NCBI GenBank assembly: GCA_001938485.1
Contig: MQRK01222855.1
Span: 1 to 64,000, forward strand
Reading direction: 5' to 3'
DNA from: Girardia tigrina
Lineage: Eukaryota
Length of the DNA: 64,000 bases
Shown here piece by piece: positions 12,901 through 27,900 of the stretch. Under the pieces are notes generated by a model. It was given only the letters and a program-made list of their open reading frames with translations, did not search any database and was not told where the DNA came from. The position numbers were made by a program, and so were the translations under genes. How positions within the stretch are numbered: position 1 is the first letter of the stretch; each line of letters opens with the position of its first letter.

Positions 12901-15900
12901 ATAATTTTTTTTAAAATAAAAATATACCTATCTCTTTATTTCTATTTCCTTATATTATATATATATTTTTATTAAAATAAAAAAAAATCACGCAGTAAAT
13001 ATAACTACCAAAAACATAACGAATTTAGCGTTATAATAAGACGGTTAAAATAAGTAATATTTCAGTCTGGAAAATCATTGATATTATCAAATATGACAAA
13101 AATAAAACAATGCAAAATAGAAAGTCACACTAACTTCTTGAGGATGGATAAAATGACTAGGACCATTAAATTTTGATCGAGGAATTCGAAATGATTTTCT
13201 CTAAAAAACAAACGACAAATTCAATTTTTATTGTAAAATAATTACATTTAAGAACCATTAAATAATATTAAAGAATGTATTTTATTATTATTGTATTTTA
13301 TTATATTTTATATTTATAAAAATATTTATTAAAATTTATTACAATTCAATATTTTTAAGGATTTTTTTGTTAACGGATTTATTATTGCTATAAAAATGAC
13401 AAAGAAAGAATACCTCCAAAGAAATGAGCAAGTTAGAACAGTTTTCACGAACATCTTCATATGGAGCAGTCAATGACAATCGAAGAAGGTCTGGCAAAAG
13501 TTGCTCAATCAAGTAGTGTAATGTATTGTTGTTGCTTGAGCAAGAATCAATTGAACTGGATAATATAATGAAAATAAATGTTTAATATTTAAACAACCAA
13601 TTATTATTAATTAAATCGTTTAAAATATAAGAAATTGGATCTTATTAAAATAATTATATCATATTATATATATAGATAATTTTCTTCTTTTCTATTTTCA
13701 ATAAATAGTTTTTTAAAATTATTTATTATAATATGAATATTATAATTTCAAATATTTCATATATTAACTAAAAATGAGACTCATAATCCTTGATTTACAA
13801 TAATTCGATTTTATTGCAAAAAATGATCAAAATTAAATTATTTTTAATGTATAAAAGTTATACATTTTAATTGAAAATGTTGATTAGACCCGCATAAAAT
13901 CACATTAACTGGAATCTGAAAGAAAATTATGAGAAACAACACAAAACAGAAAGAAAAATGGTGGTAACATCCTACACATTACATATATACCCTTAAATTA
14001 CAAATAAAATTACAAAAAAAGTTTTGTATAAATATGCAAATGAGATAAAAATCGACCAAATTTATTTGTAAACAGTTTAAAAATACTTTGATTACATACA
14101 TAAAAATTTAATTAGATATTTCGTTTTGGACACTCATAACTGGAAGAAATATAAATGCAAGGAAGGATGTAATTCGAAATAGAAAGAACCCTATCGGAAA
14201 AGATGTTCTACATATCGAAAATTCGGTTTTTAACAATAGATTGTCAATTTTCTATGAAATAATACGAATTTCTTCGATCGGCTATTTTTTAGTTTCCCCG
14301 GGCGATTTTTTTTCAAAAATAAATTTATTATCTGATTTTCAGTTTTTATGCTTTCAGCATCATTTTCTATCTTGGTCCTGTTGATGTTGAAGTTTTAATA
14401 AAAAATAAAAACCTACTACTTAAAACCTTACTTAGTGATGAATGAATTTATCTATTTATAATTTACTTTAAAAACATTATTCCAGTCACTTATAGAATAT
14501 ACACATACTTAATCACTATTAGGATTATATGAATCTTTAATACAATCAAAATCCAAGTTGAAATTTATTATATGGCGTCTCCACGAAAACTATGTATATT
14601 AGATGAGTATATGTATATACATAAGATGATAAAAATTAGACTTCGCGTTTTGAGATAACAATCCCATCATCAGGTCAATTCACAACATGTAATGAATTAA
14701 CCCACTATAAGGAAACATACAATAAATAATAAAACATTTTACCATTAAATCGTTGGATTAAAAGGAATTTATTTCATTTATCATAAAATTAAGCAAAAAT
14801 ACATTAAACGCAATCAAATCCATACAGAATGTCGTCTCAACTGTACCATGTTTAAGACCCGTGACACTCAGTATAACACATTAGATCAGTAAAAGATAAT
14901 TTCATACCGGCAAAATATATTTCGTTTTGAATTTCTTTGTTCTGGAAGACATCATTTTGTCAAATGGCAATCAATAGCTGCCAATGATTGGTTGGTGTGA
15001 ATGAAATTGATCAGGTTTTGTGCATTTTTGTTTAGTTTTGCGAAAAGATGCAATAAATTCATTTTATAATTATTTGGTAACATGTTTTTTTAATTACTTT
15101 ATGGTGTGAATTGACCTAATGATGGGATTGTTATTTAGAAACACAGTTTTTTTATCTCTTATGTATAAGATGAATATACCCATCTTTATGATGAGTAACT
15201 GACTGGCAGTATTCCTACAATTATCAGAGCACATTTTCATTCAGAAATCTGTACCTCTTAGTTGTTTATCGACATTCATTAGATCAGTCATTCTAATCAC
15301 TCTATAGTCCTTCAACCAAACTTCCTCTATATAACTTTACTCTCCCAATCTTGGTTTTGTCGATTTCAACGACGATGACTCCTCTTAGCTTTCGCTACCC
15401 AACAGTATATCAATTTTAAAACTAATAACACTTCTATTCGAAAAGAATTTAGTTTAAAGTACAATAACATTTATTTCAGTACAAAAGCAAAATTCTTAGA
15501 ATCAGATAACAAATTGATGTTTGTATATTTTTTCCGGAGGTATAACTAAAGAATAACTTTAATTTCTTCATATGTATTATTCGTTTCCTCTCAACCATAA
15601 AAGCTTACCTTTAAAAACAGTTGTCAACAATTGTCTTTCTGAAGACTTCTGGACGAAGTACATCTAGGATCCATTGCCGATATTGTACTAATTTTAAAGA
15701 TAATTCGTAATTCAGTATCATTGAATGGTCACATTTCAAAACCACGAAGAAAAAACTGCGAAAGAGAAAGCAGCAAATGCAAAAAAAATGGTACAGCGAA
15801 AAGAGGAGTTTATTATTAAATATTATTGTCTCGTTTATTGGTTGAAACTGAAATAATTATTGAAAATATATAAATCACAGGAGAAGAATAATTCATATGG

Positions 15901-18900
15901 AATTACTGAGAATGGTGGTAATAAAGAATTTGTTTGTGTTGCTTTTTAAATGCATTTGCGCAAGTAATACTGCTGTTAATGTGTTTTCATTTTAAATTAA
16001 GATTTTTTTTCATTTTCAAAGTACTCGATATTTTGCTCTCTTGGCGGAAACAAACAAATATGACGTTGTTACAGAAAAACATGATATGTGAACCCTATAC
16101 AACAGTGGTCACCAATTAGGCAGAAATGAGAAAGAAGTGTCGGTTTATTGACCAGATTACCTATAAATGATATCGAGTTTGAAGCCGTCTCGGAAAGAAT
16201 TTTCAAAGCGAAGATTGGTTCTTACAAAGTGATTGTAGGAGGTGTTTGTGGATACGGTGACGATGAGAAAACTACACTCTATGACCTTCTAAATACCATG
16301 CTTATTAAAACAAAAGCTGAAGCCAGGTGGTTGGGGTTTATAACGATAGTGAGAAAAGATTGTAAATTCCACATATGCTATAACGGAGAGGATCCGGTAT
16401 CCAGCGTCAAAAGTTTGTGCACAGAGGAAACACATCAGACAACAGGAAAAAATTAGAATTACTGATCGAGAAGAGAAGTATGAAAGTTGTGAACACTTTC
16501 TTTTATCACAATGAATGGAAAAGTACTAGCTAGACCCATCCTGCGATAAAAGAAAAGGGGACTTCTGAATTCTTATCAAGTTCCTAGAATACTTGTCGGC
16601 CAAACTTAAACGCATCATTGTTGATATTGAACCCGGATGGGATAATACCGAGAGGGTAATTACTACATTACTGGACAGGTACCGGAAGGTAAAAGTGCCC
16701 CTCTGAAAGGAGATTGGTTACATGAACATAAAACTGAACTATATAAGCTCATCAACAAAAGAAATCATAAAAGGCTGAAATGAACATTGCACCCTTCCCC
16801 TAAGAATCTCCAACACTGGAGATAAGTGCGGAACAAGTTAAGAATTTCATTATGAAATGGAAGCAGGAAAAGATTATCAATCTCAGCAATGCGATTTAAG
16901 AGTCCTTAAAAGCCAGTAATTTCAAGAAACGTAGTACGGACAATTTTGAACTGCGTATCTTAGGGAATCCGATTACAAAGGTACACACATTACTTACACC
17001 GGTACCTTCTGTGTTTAATGGGCTCATGACTGATCACTATTAAAAGCTTTTTGAAACACGCCCACATGTCGAGTGGGCAGATATGACTCGACACTCTGAA
17101 GAATGCTAGGTTAGTGTTGATTCTCCTGACGAGGGTGAAATAAAGCTTGCTGTATTGCAGCTGAGTAATGGGAAGGCATCCAGATCGTTTGATTGTGTAA
17201 TTGCTGAAGTTCTGAAGTGGGTGGCAACCACTTGGGGACAAACTGAAGCTTGATTTGAATTGATTTGGAACGATGTTCATGAATTTCCACCGGATTTGAG
17301 GAATGCAAAAGTGGAAAAAGTACCACTTTTAATTTTTTTTTAAATACCACTTACAAATCCGACTCGAACAATTGCTCTGGGTATTAAACTATCCGGCAGA
17401 TTTAGCAAAATACAGGGAAACTCTAAACGAAAGAGAGCTTCTCTACAACGATAAGGAATTTATAGGCATAGAAGGCACCGGAAGGCAGCTGATATTGATC
17501 TCCACAAAGCTATGGACTGGTCATTGCTTGATGTTTTGCAATTTAAGCTACATGGGACTTCCTAGATTCTCTTCCAATACTGTCTCTAAGCCTTCTCACG
17601 ATCTGTGTGTCTCTGACTTCATGTGAGCGGAGCTTTTTAAAACTAAAGCTGATAAGGAACTACTTACGATCCACCATGGGACAGTCAAGGCTTTCTGGTC
17701 TGGTTCTATTATCAATTGAAAGTGAGATGATGAAGGGCATAGACTTTGATGAAGTTATTGACAAGTTTGCAGCTCTGAAGACAAGAAAATGACAATTTTA
17801 AAGATTAGATAAATATCTTTAACTTGAAAAACTACATCTGTGAAGCTGAAAGCAGTATATTTCGCTTCTGTCAACATGCTGCGAAATTTTTAAGAGCATA
17901 TAGCATGTTTGATGTGACCAAGTTGAACATACTGAATGGAACCTACGATTTTATTTGTGAGAACATAAAAAATAATAAAAATGTAAATAAAAGACTTGTT
18001 TTTTTAAAACTTTGTTTTACTTACTTGTTTTTGAAATTGGTAAAATGCATGTCCATAACCTTGCTTGTACGCGAAAGCAATTGGTTTTCCCTAAATTGAG
18101 TGTGTGTATTAAGTAGTATTTAGAAAACACTTAACGTTGTGAATTTACCGCGAATTTCCCGCTAATTTTAAAAGTTTATGATATGAAAAATTTACAGCCT
18201 TAATTATGATCGCCTAGCGATCAATTGATTATTTTAAATTTTAATTTAAAATAATTTTTAAATAATTTAGTTTTAAAGTAATGTAATAAAAATAACTAAA
18301 AATAGTAATGATAATATATTGAGTTTAACATAAATATGCATAATATACATATTAATAATAATACATAATAATTATACTGGGTTTAACATAAATAAATAAT
18401 ATAGGATTCGCACAAGGCTTATGCGCCTATAATACTAAATTTAGTTGTACTTGTTAAATTAAACCATAATCAATTAATTTTTCATGGTGCTCAGTGTACG
18501 GGACAAATAAAAAGTTCCATTAAATAAATTAGAGTCGCTAATTACATGGATGAATAAATTTGAGAAATGGCGTATTACGTCGTCCTAGTCGTACATCATA
18601 TTTGTTTAATATGATACATTCATCAATCCAGAGTAACAGGTTAAGTGATTTGTAACAAAATGACAAAGGATATTAGCACTCGTACCATACTATATAGCCA
18701 CTAGTAGAAAAACTAATATGCGATTTATTATTCCTCATTGATAGACTTTATCCAAACACATTGTCGGCGAAACCAGTTTAAACTTTATGTAGACTGATTT
18801 ATCAAGTAATGACTGTATTGTTAGGTAAGAGTTATCTCGCACCTTGTCATCAATGTCCTAAGTAGTGCTTGATAAGCCAGTTTACATCAAGTTTAAACTA

Positions 18901-21900
18901 GTTTCGCATTATAATCAAACAGAAATATAACTTTTAAAAATACATTCTTATAATTGAATAAAATAAGCGCCTTCTTTATTCAACATCGATGTACTAGTGT
19001 AAAATTGAAGCTTTACTGTACCATTTTAAATAGTTTTCGAATTCCTTTTATGAATTACTTACATGTTACGGTTTGAAATAAAATGCAGTTATACCACCTT
19101 TAATATAATCACTTACAAATTTTTAAAAATCACTTAATCTTATTTTTAAGTTAATGATATAATATAATAAAATACCTCATAAAATAATTTTTCCTGAGTT
19201 ATGTCATCCTTTGGATAATTATCTAGAACTTTACGTTGTTACAGTTCTTTAATACTTGTGCATGCTGACGGCTGACCTTCAATGACTGTTATCTTGTTAT
19301 CTTGATGCAAAACATGAAGATGCACGAATGTTTACAAATCGAAGGAAAGTGCACAAAATAATTATTCAAAAGGGAAATTAATTAAAATTCAGTGAAATAA
19401 AAATAAAAAATGTCTATATAAACCAAAATCATTTGCAAACACCATGGAAAATGAAGACAAGGTTTTTAAATTTTTTTATTTGAAAATACTTGTTTTAATT
19501 TTTATTTCTATTATTATCACTGTTTTAAAAATCATAATTTAAGCAAATAAATCAACCAATAAAGAAAATTTAAAAATCATTTGAGTAATTATAAAAGCAG
19601 TTATTAAAAAGCTAATAAAATAAAACAGTATATTATAATGATTTAAAAAGATTAATATTCCGTGAAATGAGAAAAAAATAATTTAAGTTTTATTTATTTT
19701 TAGATCTAATTATATTATTATTATTATTAGTTAAACGGAGTCGATTGCGATCAGTTTCTATGGATCTGATCAACTTACAGAATTCGCGCCGCTCACCACT
19801 TAAGATTATGAAATAACCGCCATGCTGAAAATTTACTTATCAATTTATTTTGTAAAATTTAATAATTTCATTAATTATCGTTTTTGTTCCACTGAACACT
19901 TAAGTGGATTTTTATTTATATTTTCTTTGCTTTATAACAAATCAAATTTTCATCAACGAAAAAATAGATTTTTATATTGTATATTTCTATTAGATTTCTT
20001 GAAAAAAATAAATCAATTATTTAACTAACGAATTGACTTGTTCTTCTGTGACATTTATATAATGAAAGAAAAAAATTATATGTAGAAAAAAAATAATATA
20101 TAAATTTGAAAAAATAAAAACGCTTATAAAATAGAATAAAATATATAAATATTTATATAATCGAAATAAAAAGATCTTAAGTGCTTGATTTATTTTTTAT
20201 TCAATTTTTTTAGTTTTTTGAAAAAAAATTACATTTCTTATTCTGAACTTTACACTTATATTTATTTTGAAAAAAATATTATTAAATGTATGAAAAATAT
20301 TTTTTTTAATATTTACTATTTTTTTTACAATTATTTAATATTTTGTTTAGAAGATACTTAGTGGGATCACGTTCGAATTTTGTGTAAAAAAGTGAATTTT
20401 GGTTAAAATATGGTACATGGTATGTGGCTTAATTATGTAAAATATTATTATCAGAATATAAATAACCTGGATCTCGTGTATCTGGGCCTTATTTATCCGA
20501 ACGAAAAAAAATTTTGTTATATTATTAAAACACAATAAATATAGCTGTAGATAAAATGATTGGAGCTAAGAACAAAAAATGTTGAAAATTGAACAAAAAC
20601 ATTTATTTATAATCCAAATTTGAACACTGAACATACAACTATGAAAAATTATTACTATTTTTTTATTTTTTCATGACATTTAAACACAATTTTGATGCAT
20701 ATAGGTTTTGAATAAACAAGTTTCTAGCCCAGATCCAGTGACAATTATAAAAAATAAACACGATTGATGAAGAAAATGAAATTTTGTAGGTGACTGGGAT
20801 AATGATATCTCCCATTTCACTTAACAATTTTCCATAATTTTTATATGGGATTCATAAAGTTTTGTGAAAGTTTTCAACCCATACCAGAATCTGAAATAAA
20901 TCAGTACTTTACAAGTTTGCAGATGTGGGCAGGAGCTGAATCCTGTTAAAACACATTACAATTCTAAAGGGTCATTCTCATTTACAGTTTGCTTTTTCTG
21001 ATGTTAAAGTGAAATTAACCGATTGTGGTTTCCCTGGTTACAAAGATCCTCGTCCTGATGTCGAAAACCTCAGTTATATCATCACCTGTGGGGAATGTTT
21101 GGCAAGTGGAATTATGTAATGGGATGGAAATTTTGAGATTTTGGACGATACACCAAGTTTACAAATGAATCAAATTAATAAAAGGCTAAATCATTGGAAA
21201 AAAACAACTTGCACCAATCGTCATCTGTCCAATTACGATAGTTTAAGCAAAAATGATGTCGTTTAAGTCGCTGAACCCGATTTAGAATATAATTTTAAGC
21301 TGGACATCATTTTTAATCTAATTCATTCTCTAGATTCTTTCTTATTGTTCTTGTATTCACCCCCATATTATGTTTCATTTTTTATTTCGGCAGTTTGTGT
21401 AATCAAGTTATTCTTGTGTTTTTTCATATGTCTCGGTCGTCCTGGTGACTTCCCAGCATCAGATGATCTTGTCAGCTTGGTACGTTTGACAATATTTAAA
21501 ACTGTGAACTTTGGAAGATCCAACCTTTTTGTTATTTTCCACTGTGGCAACCAATCTTTCGAGTAATGAATAATGATAGCACTCATTTCTGGTGAAATTT
21601 GTTTATTTCTATCCATTCTGAGCAACAATTTCTGAAAACGTTAACAAGATCGATGGAAAATGTTAATAAGCGCTGAATATTAGTGAAATTACGCCCAAAA
21701 AATAAAAATGATGAGTTTGTTGTAAGAATTATACAAAAATATCATAAACATCTCGATTACTAACATTTTAGACATAACATATTTAATGATTATGACAAAG
21801 CAGCAAAATTTTTAAAGTCATTGTTTGTCCCAATCATTTCATTGAGACACAATAAAGGTGGTACCTCATGGCAGTTACTTGTTGAACCATTAGTTTCCCT

Positions 21901-24900
21901 TATTCAGAAAAGCTTCAATAATTAGGTGTCAGCATAAGCGAGAGTAATCAATTTAATGAAGTAGGATAAATTGAAAACTTACCGGTTTTTTGTACTTCTT
22001 TGAAAAATGCAATTGTTATTTTATTATAGGGGCTGTCCATAAATGACGTCACGCGATTTTAGCAGATTTCCAACCCCCTCATCACATTTCGTAACAAAAA
22101 GCCTGACCCCCCCCCTCGTCACACTTCGTCACAGGATTCTTTGACTAAATACTTTAGCATTTCGATTTGACGTCACATTTCCCAAACCCCCTCCCCCCTC
22201 CTGTCTGATGTCTTTTAAGGACTTTAACAATAACATAAGTCCCTCCTGGAAAAGTAATTCAACATCTGTTCTATCATAAATAAATAATGATCTTTTTATA
22301 AACTTTTTATGTCTTTCAAAATCTTTCTAGTAATTTGAATAATCATCAATATGGTCAACTTATTGTTATTTTATTTTATTCATTTTAAATCAAACAGAAG
22401 AATACATATACAATGATTCCTATGTAAATTAACACTGGTATAAGAAGTTTCAACAATCTTAACTTTTGATCTGAATATAAATATTCAATTACAAAATAAA
22501 CAAAGATCAAACACTTTATAACCTCTATTTCATAAATATTTAAAACTTTTTACTCGTATATAAATAAACCTATTAAATGATAATCATTTCACGCAATTGT
22601 GATGTAAAGTATTATAATTGTTACAAAAATATAATCAATATATTTCGGGCTATACATCCTATTTCCGAAAGATGCATTCTCCTTTTGTCCTATACGAGAA
22701 ATTGAAAATAATTTTTAAAAATTACTTATTGGTTACGATTTGATGGTAATTATCATATAAGAATATAGGACTGAGAGATCAATTTTCATGTCTGAAGGAA
22801 TATTCCAATGATCTTCAACCATTGTTAATCTAAAGATGACAAAAAAATCATATCAAATGGAGGTTGAAAGACATTTTAGTTTATGATAACCTAAAAGAAT
22901 ATTTAGTTTACTATGCTACTTAAAAGAATTTAAATAATTAATTAATAAGCCTGTAAATTGCTTCAATCTAATCCTACCAGATCCTGGCGACAGGAGTATA
23001 ATGATGGTCGAGTGAGAGCACCTACATATGAGAACGATAACATACGCGTACTCATTTGGGCATATTGTAAAGAATTCATGGTTCATGATTCTTTCATATA
23101 TACTTATTCGGTTAATGTCTTGATTATTATTTAACAACTACTTTCCCATATTTCAAATCTTTCTAGTACAATTGTGACTACTCGTACGAAATGATCCATA
23201 GATTGGAACCTTACTTTATATTTTAATATTGAATGAAATTTCCTTATCATCATAACAAATAAGAAGAAACATTTTTATTGCATAAACATACGGAATATAA
23301 TCTGAGAAATGGCAGTGTCAATAAATTAATATCAAATTTATTTACCAAGAATCTTTTTTAAATATCAGGCTTTTATCAGATCTTCGAGACAGTCTAAGGT
23401 AAAGCCATTAGTAACTTGGAGAGGCTAAATTAAATTTGGTTAGCACAGCAAGATAAACATAAGCAACCACTGTCCAGAATATATTTGGATATATTCATTT
23501 GTATATCACGAAATGATCGATCTAATCACAGTAGTAAAAATCAGATCATATTTTAACAAGACACAAAAATTCATAGACGCATTAGACAAGTTTATTTCGA
23601 ATTTTGATCAATCGTACATATTAAATCCCAATGTAATTACCAAAGGTCTAATTATATAGGAATAATAATTATTACTAATAGACTGGATTATATTTTCAAT
23701 GGTTTCTCTTTCTTTTTTCTTATTTCAAGATACCTAATAAGATTACTGTTTTTGTCTCGACAACAAGAAGTTACAAAAGACGATAATCTATTGATGATAG
23801 AAATAATTTTTAATTACTTTTCCGAGGTGACTTGTCTGGCTGTGAAAATAAATGTATCATAAATATTAATTGTTTTAATAAATATAAAGATAACATCAAA
23901 TATATTTTAAATAATTGTTTATCATCGCAATGATACATTATCGGAATTAACGTCAGCTTTTAAAGTATGACCAAAGTTAAGAGATATACATTATAATATC
24001 ATACTTGAGATGTATATTATTATTATTATCATTATTATAATTATTATTAGTATTAGTATTATTAATACTAATATTATTGTTATTATTAGTATTATTATTA
24101 GGAATTTTTAGGTAATGTTTTTAAAAATTTTGAAATAATAATTGAATTAAGTATAATTTTAAATTTAAAAAAATCAAGAACTAAATACAGTTTATGTTAA
24201 GCATGAAAAAAATTTATAAATTTAATTAAAGAAAATGAAATTATTTAATAGTCGGAAATTACAAAAAAGTAAAATTTCAAACTTAAATTAATTATTTTTA
24301 ATTTTCAGTTAATTATGAATTGCTATGCAATTCTATTGATTATCTGAAATTTCAATTTTGAAATATTAATATTATATATAAATAGAGGAAAAATAATTTC
24401 ATCTTTTCTTTCATTTCTTTGCTTTTGTCTTTCATTCTTGATTTTCTTTTCTTCTTTTTTTAAATAAAGAAAACTGTTTCCAGTATAAAAGAGAAAAAAA
24501 AATTACATACATAAAAAAAATAAAAATAATAATAATAAATGCATAACAAGCTATTAAAGTATACAATAAGTGTTCTCGAACCCTTACCACCATAACATTA
24601 ACGACATGGTGGAAGGACAATTTCGTACTATACGTGAATATATGCAGATAAATTGAAAAGAAAAGAAGGAGACGAGTTGAGCAGATATGCTCCCAGAGGT
24701 GGAATTCACGTTGAATGCAACAGGTCAATAAACAATAGGGAGGAGCCCAGCTGAAATGATATTCAATAGGAAAATAGATAGACAGAAATGGTATAGTAAT
24801 GGTAGGCAGGCTTTAGACGATAATATTAAAGACCCACAGGAATGAACAAGGTGGGAGATCAGGTGTGAATAAAAAAGAAGTGAGACATAAAGGTGATGAC

Positions 24901-27900
24901 AAATATGATGGACTATACAACATCAAAGAAAGTATTCATGAGAGGAGTTATAAAATATGAAGATATTGACAAGAAACAAATAATCAGAAATGTTGAAAAG
25001 TCCAAAAATTTAAAAAAAAGGGTGAATTTTAGGAATTTTTTTATGAAATGTTTTTTTTTAATTTTGAAATAATAATTGAATTCAAAGTATTATTTTAAAT
25101 ATAAAAAAATCAAGAACTAAAGAAAGTTATGATAAAATTTCGTAAATTTAATTAAGGAAAATAAAATTATTAATTCGTTGGAAATTAACAAAAAAGTAAA
25201 ATCAATCACTAATACTATAATTATTTTTATTATACCGGTTTGAGAATTATAAAATAAATAGTTTCTCAAAATTAAAAAAAATTAATGAATTTAATTTCGA
25301 CTAAATTTGTTTAAATAAAAAGTATTAGACATTTTTTGTGGATTAATAAAACTTGAAAACTGATGTCGACTTTTCATATCGACAACGTGGAAGATGTTCC
25401 AAAAACACTTAACAATTATTATTAACCCTTAAATGCATGATTTTTTATTTTTTCATGAAATATTTGATGACAGCTAAAGAATTTTGACGTTTATATCAAT
25501 ATTGGCGGGAGTTTTGACATGTTTTGTTATAATCGTCATAGACAAAAATGTACAAAGATAATTTATTTACAAAGGACAGCAATTATTTACACAAACTGGA
25601 TGCATGGCACTTTCAAACGTTTGTTGTATCATTTTTGATACAAGATGCATTCAAGGGTTAATATCATTATTATTATTTTAATATTAATATTTAATTATTT
25701 TAATTACATTCATACGCTAATCTATAAAAAAATATTTGTTGTTGAATACAAAATATTAATTTGGATATTGAAAATGTAACCATTTATTGTAGTGTAATTT
25801 ATATTTTCTTTTAAAAGCTTAATATATTATTTGGAAGAGTTTTAAGAGTCTTTTTCCACAAATGTTTATAGATCAAATAGACGTATGTAATTAAAATCTA
25901 TATTTTTCTTTTTTATTTACTTTTCGAATTTTCAGTATTTTTTCGTAATAAATATATTTTGAATTTCTTATTAATTATAGTTTATTTGGTTATATCTTTT
26001 GATATGGAATTTTCGAAAACAATAATTACTTTTAAGTGCCGTGGATATTCCACTCTTTCCTATTTGAAAAACATATTTTATGGTTGTTACAGTATTTATA
26101 AAAGCGCTCCGAAAACCAAGCTATCAGAATCAGCAATCCGTACCAAAACTTTCAGTCAAAAATCTTTGAGCTGAACCGAAAAGTTATGAATTCCACCACG
26201 ATTCCATGGTGTAACCGCGCCGAAATACATACCTAAATGCTCTCCATAGCCGTTCGGTCATTTTTTCACCATAACAGGCTATATCGAAAAACTAATTCCA
26301 ATTTTGGATCAGGAATCTCGACTCCGAATCGATCAAATTGTTGAGTCAAACTACAGAAATCTGAACAGTCACTAATTATAGAACCTTATTTAAAATGTGA
26401 ATCAGATCTTCAAATAACCCCCATAATTCAATCTAGTGTACATTTCATTTTCATTTTCGTGTTATGTGGTTTTCCACGGCAGTATCAGTCTCATGGCTTT
26501 AAAAATAGTATTTTTTTATATTTGTTGTTTACTAATTTTTTTTAATATATTTTTTACAATCTTTTACAATAATATTTTTAGAATAATATTTTTTATGACC
26601 TCTTAAAAATAATTAAAAAAAATTTTATAATGTCTTATTACAATTTTTCCCATGATAAAAAGAAAATGTATTCATCATTTGGAATATTTATAAAATAATT
26701 TTTTAAATATTAATTTAAATAAAATAGATAATTGAAGAGTAAACTTTAAGAAAATATTTTAAAATGTAATATAATCTATGGATAACATTTTAAAACTTTT
26801 ATTTATCAGTAAACAATTAATTATATTTTTAAAAAAAATTTTTCAAAGAAAAGTTTTATTTTTAAATTTAATATTACAAAGTCATTTTTTCAATAATATT
26901 TTTAATTTACTCTTAGTATTATCATAATTGAGATTTTTAGAAATTAAAATTTTCTATTAAATCTATTTAAGCCACACTAAGTAACTTCTTTAGGGGAATT
27001 TAAAAAACTACTTTGGAATAATAAGGAGTACCTTCCTTTCAAAGATATATTTATTAAACTTAGCGAATTGTTTCTCGAAACAAATATGCACTAATGATTT
27101 TTTATGCACTAATGAACCCAGTCAAAGAATATTCTATAAAATAGATTTAATATTCTATTAATTATATTTAATATTTAACCTAACATTCATTATATAATTT
27201 GATAATATCCATTATGTGCATTATATTATATGATCAGTATTTAAAGTAGTTAAAGTGATAAAAGTAAACATTAATTATATAGACATTAAAAAACGAAATA
27301 TTTTTCTTTAATTTAGATAGTTTAAAAATATAATTTGATTTCATATTTTTTTCTTTATAATTGAAGCTCAATATTATATTTTAATTTTTGATATATTATT
27401 CGGCAAAACAATTCAATTTAAAATGACCAAAATTTTAATAATATTTATAACCGCTAGACATAATTATTAGAAAATGTGTCCTACATTAATCAGAAAAATT
27501 ATCTTTAAATTTATTTAATGAATATTTAATATTAATTCATCAAAATTTCTATTAAAATATTATTATAACTGACGAGTTTAAAATGATGTAATTACATGAT
27601 AAGGAAAAGAAAATTTTTTATTAAGAATAAAATACAAAATATAACATATTTATTTTTAAATTAAATTTTTTAATTATTTTGACATTTGAAAGATTTCTTA
27701 TGCGTGTTCGTTGACATTAACAAAATCATATAATTAAATGAATATTAACTAATCAGAAAAACCAATTCAAGCAACAAAAATTTCAGTTGATAAAGTACAT
27801 ATCTGTGATAAAAAAAAGATTAACCCAAAAACTACTTCTATCAAACGAAAACTGCTAAACCGGAAATCATTAATATTCAACTTAAAAAAATTTATAATTA

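Noticed and set aside
24595-24625. ACA|TGGTGG as another LTR end/PBS junction
   Set aside because: It is in-frame integrase core sequence (N-D-M-V-E, equivalent to NGMVER).
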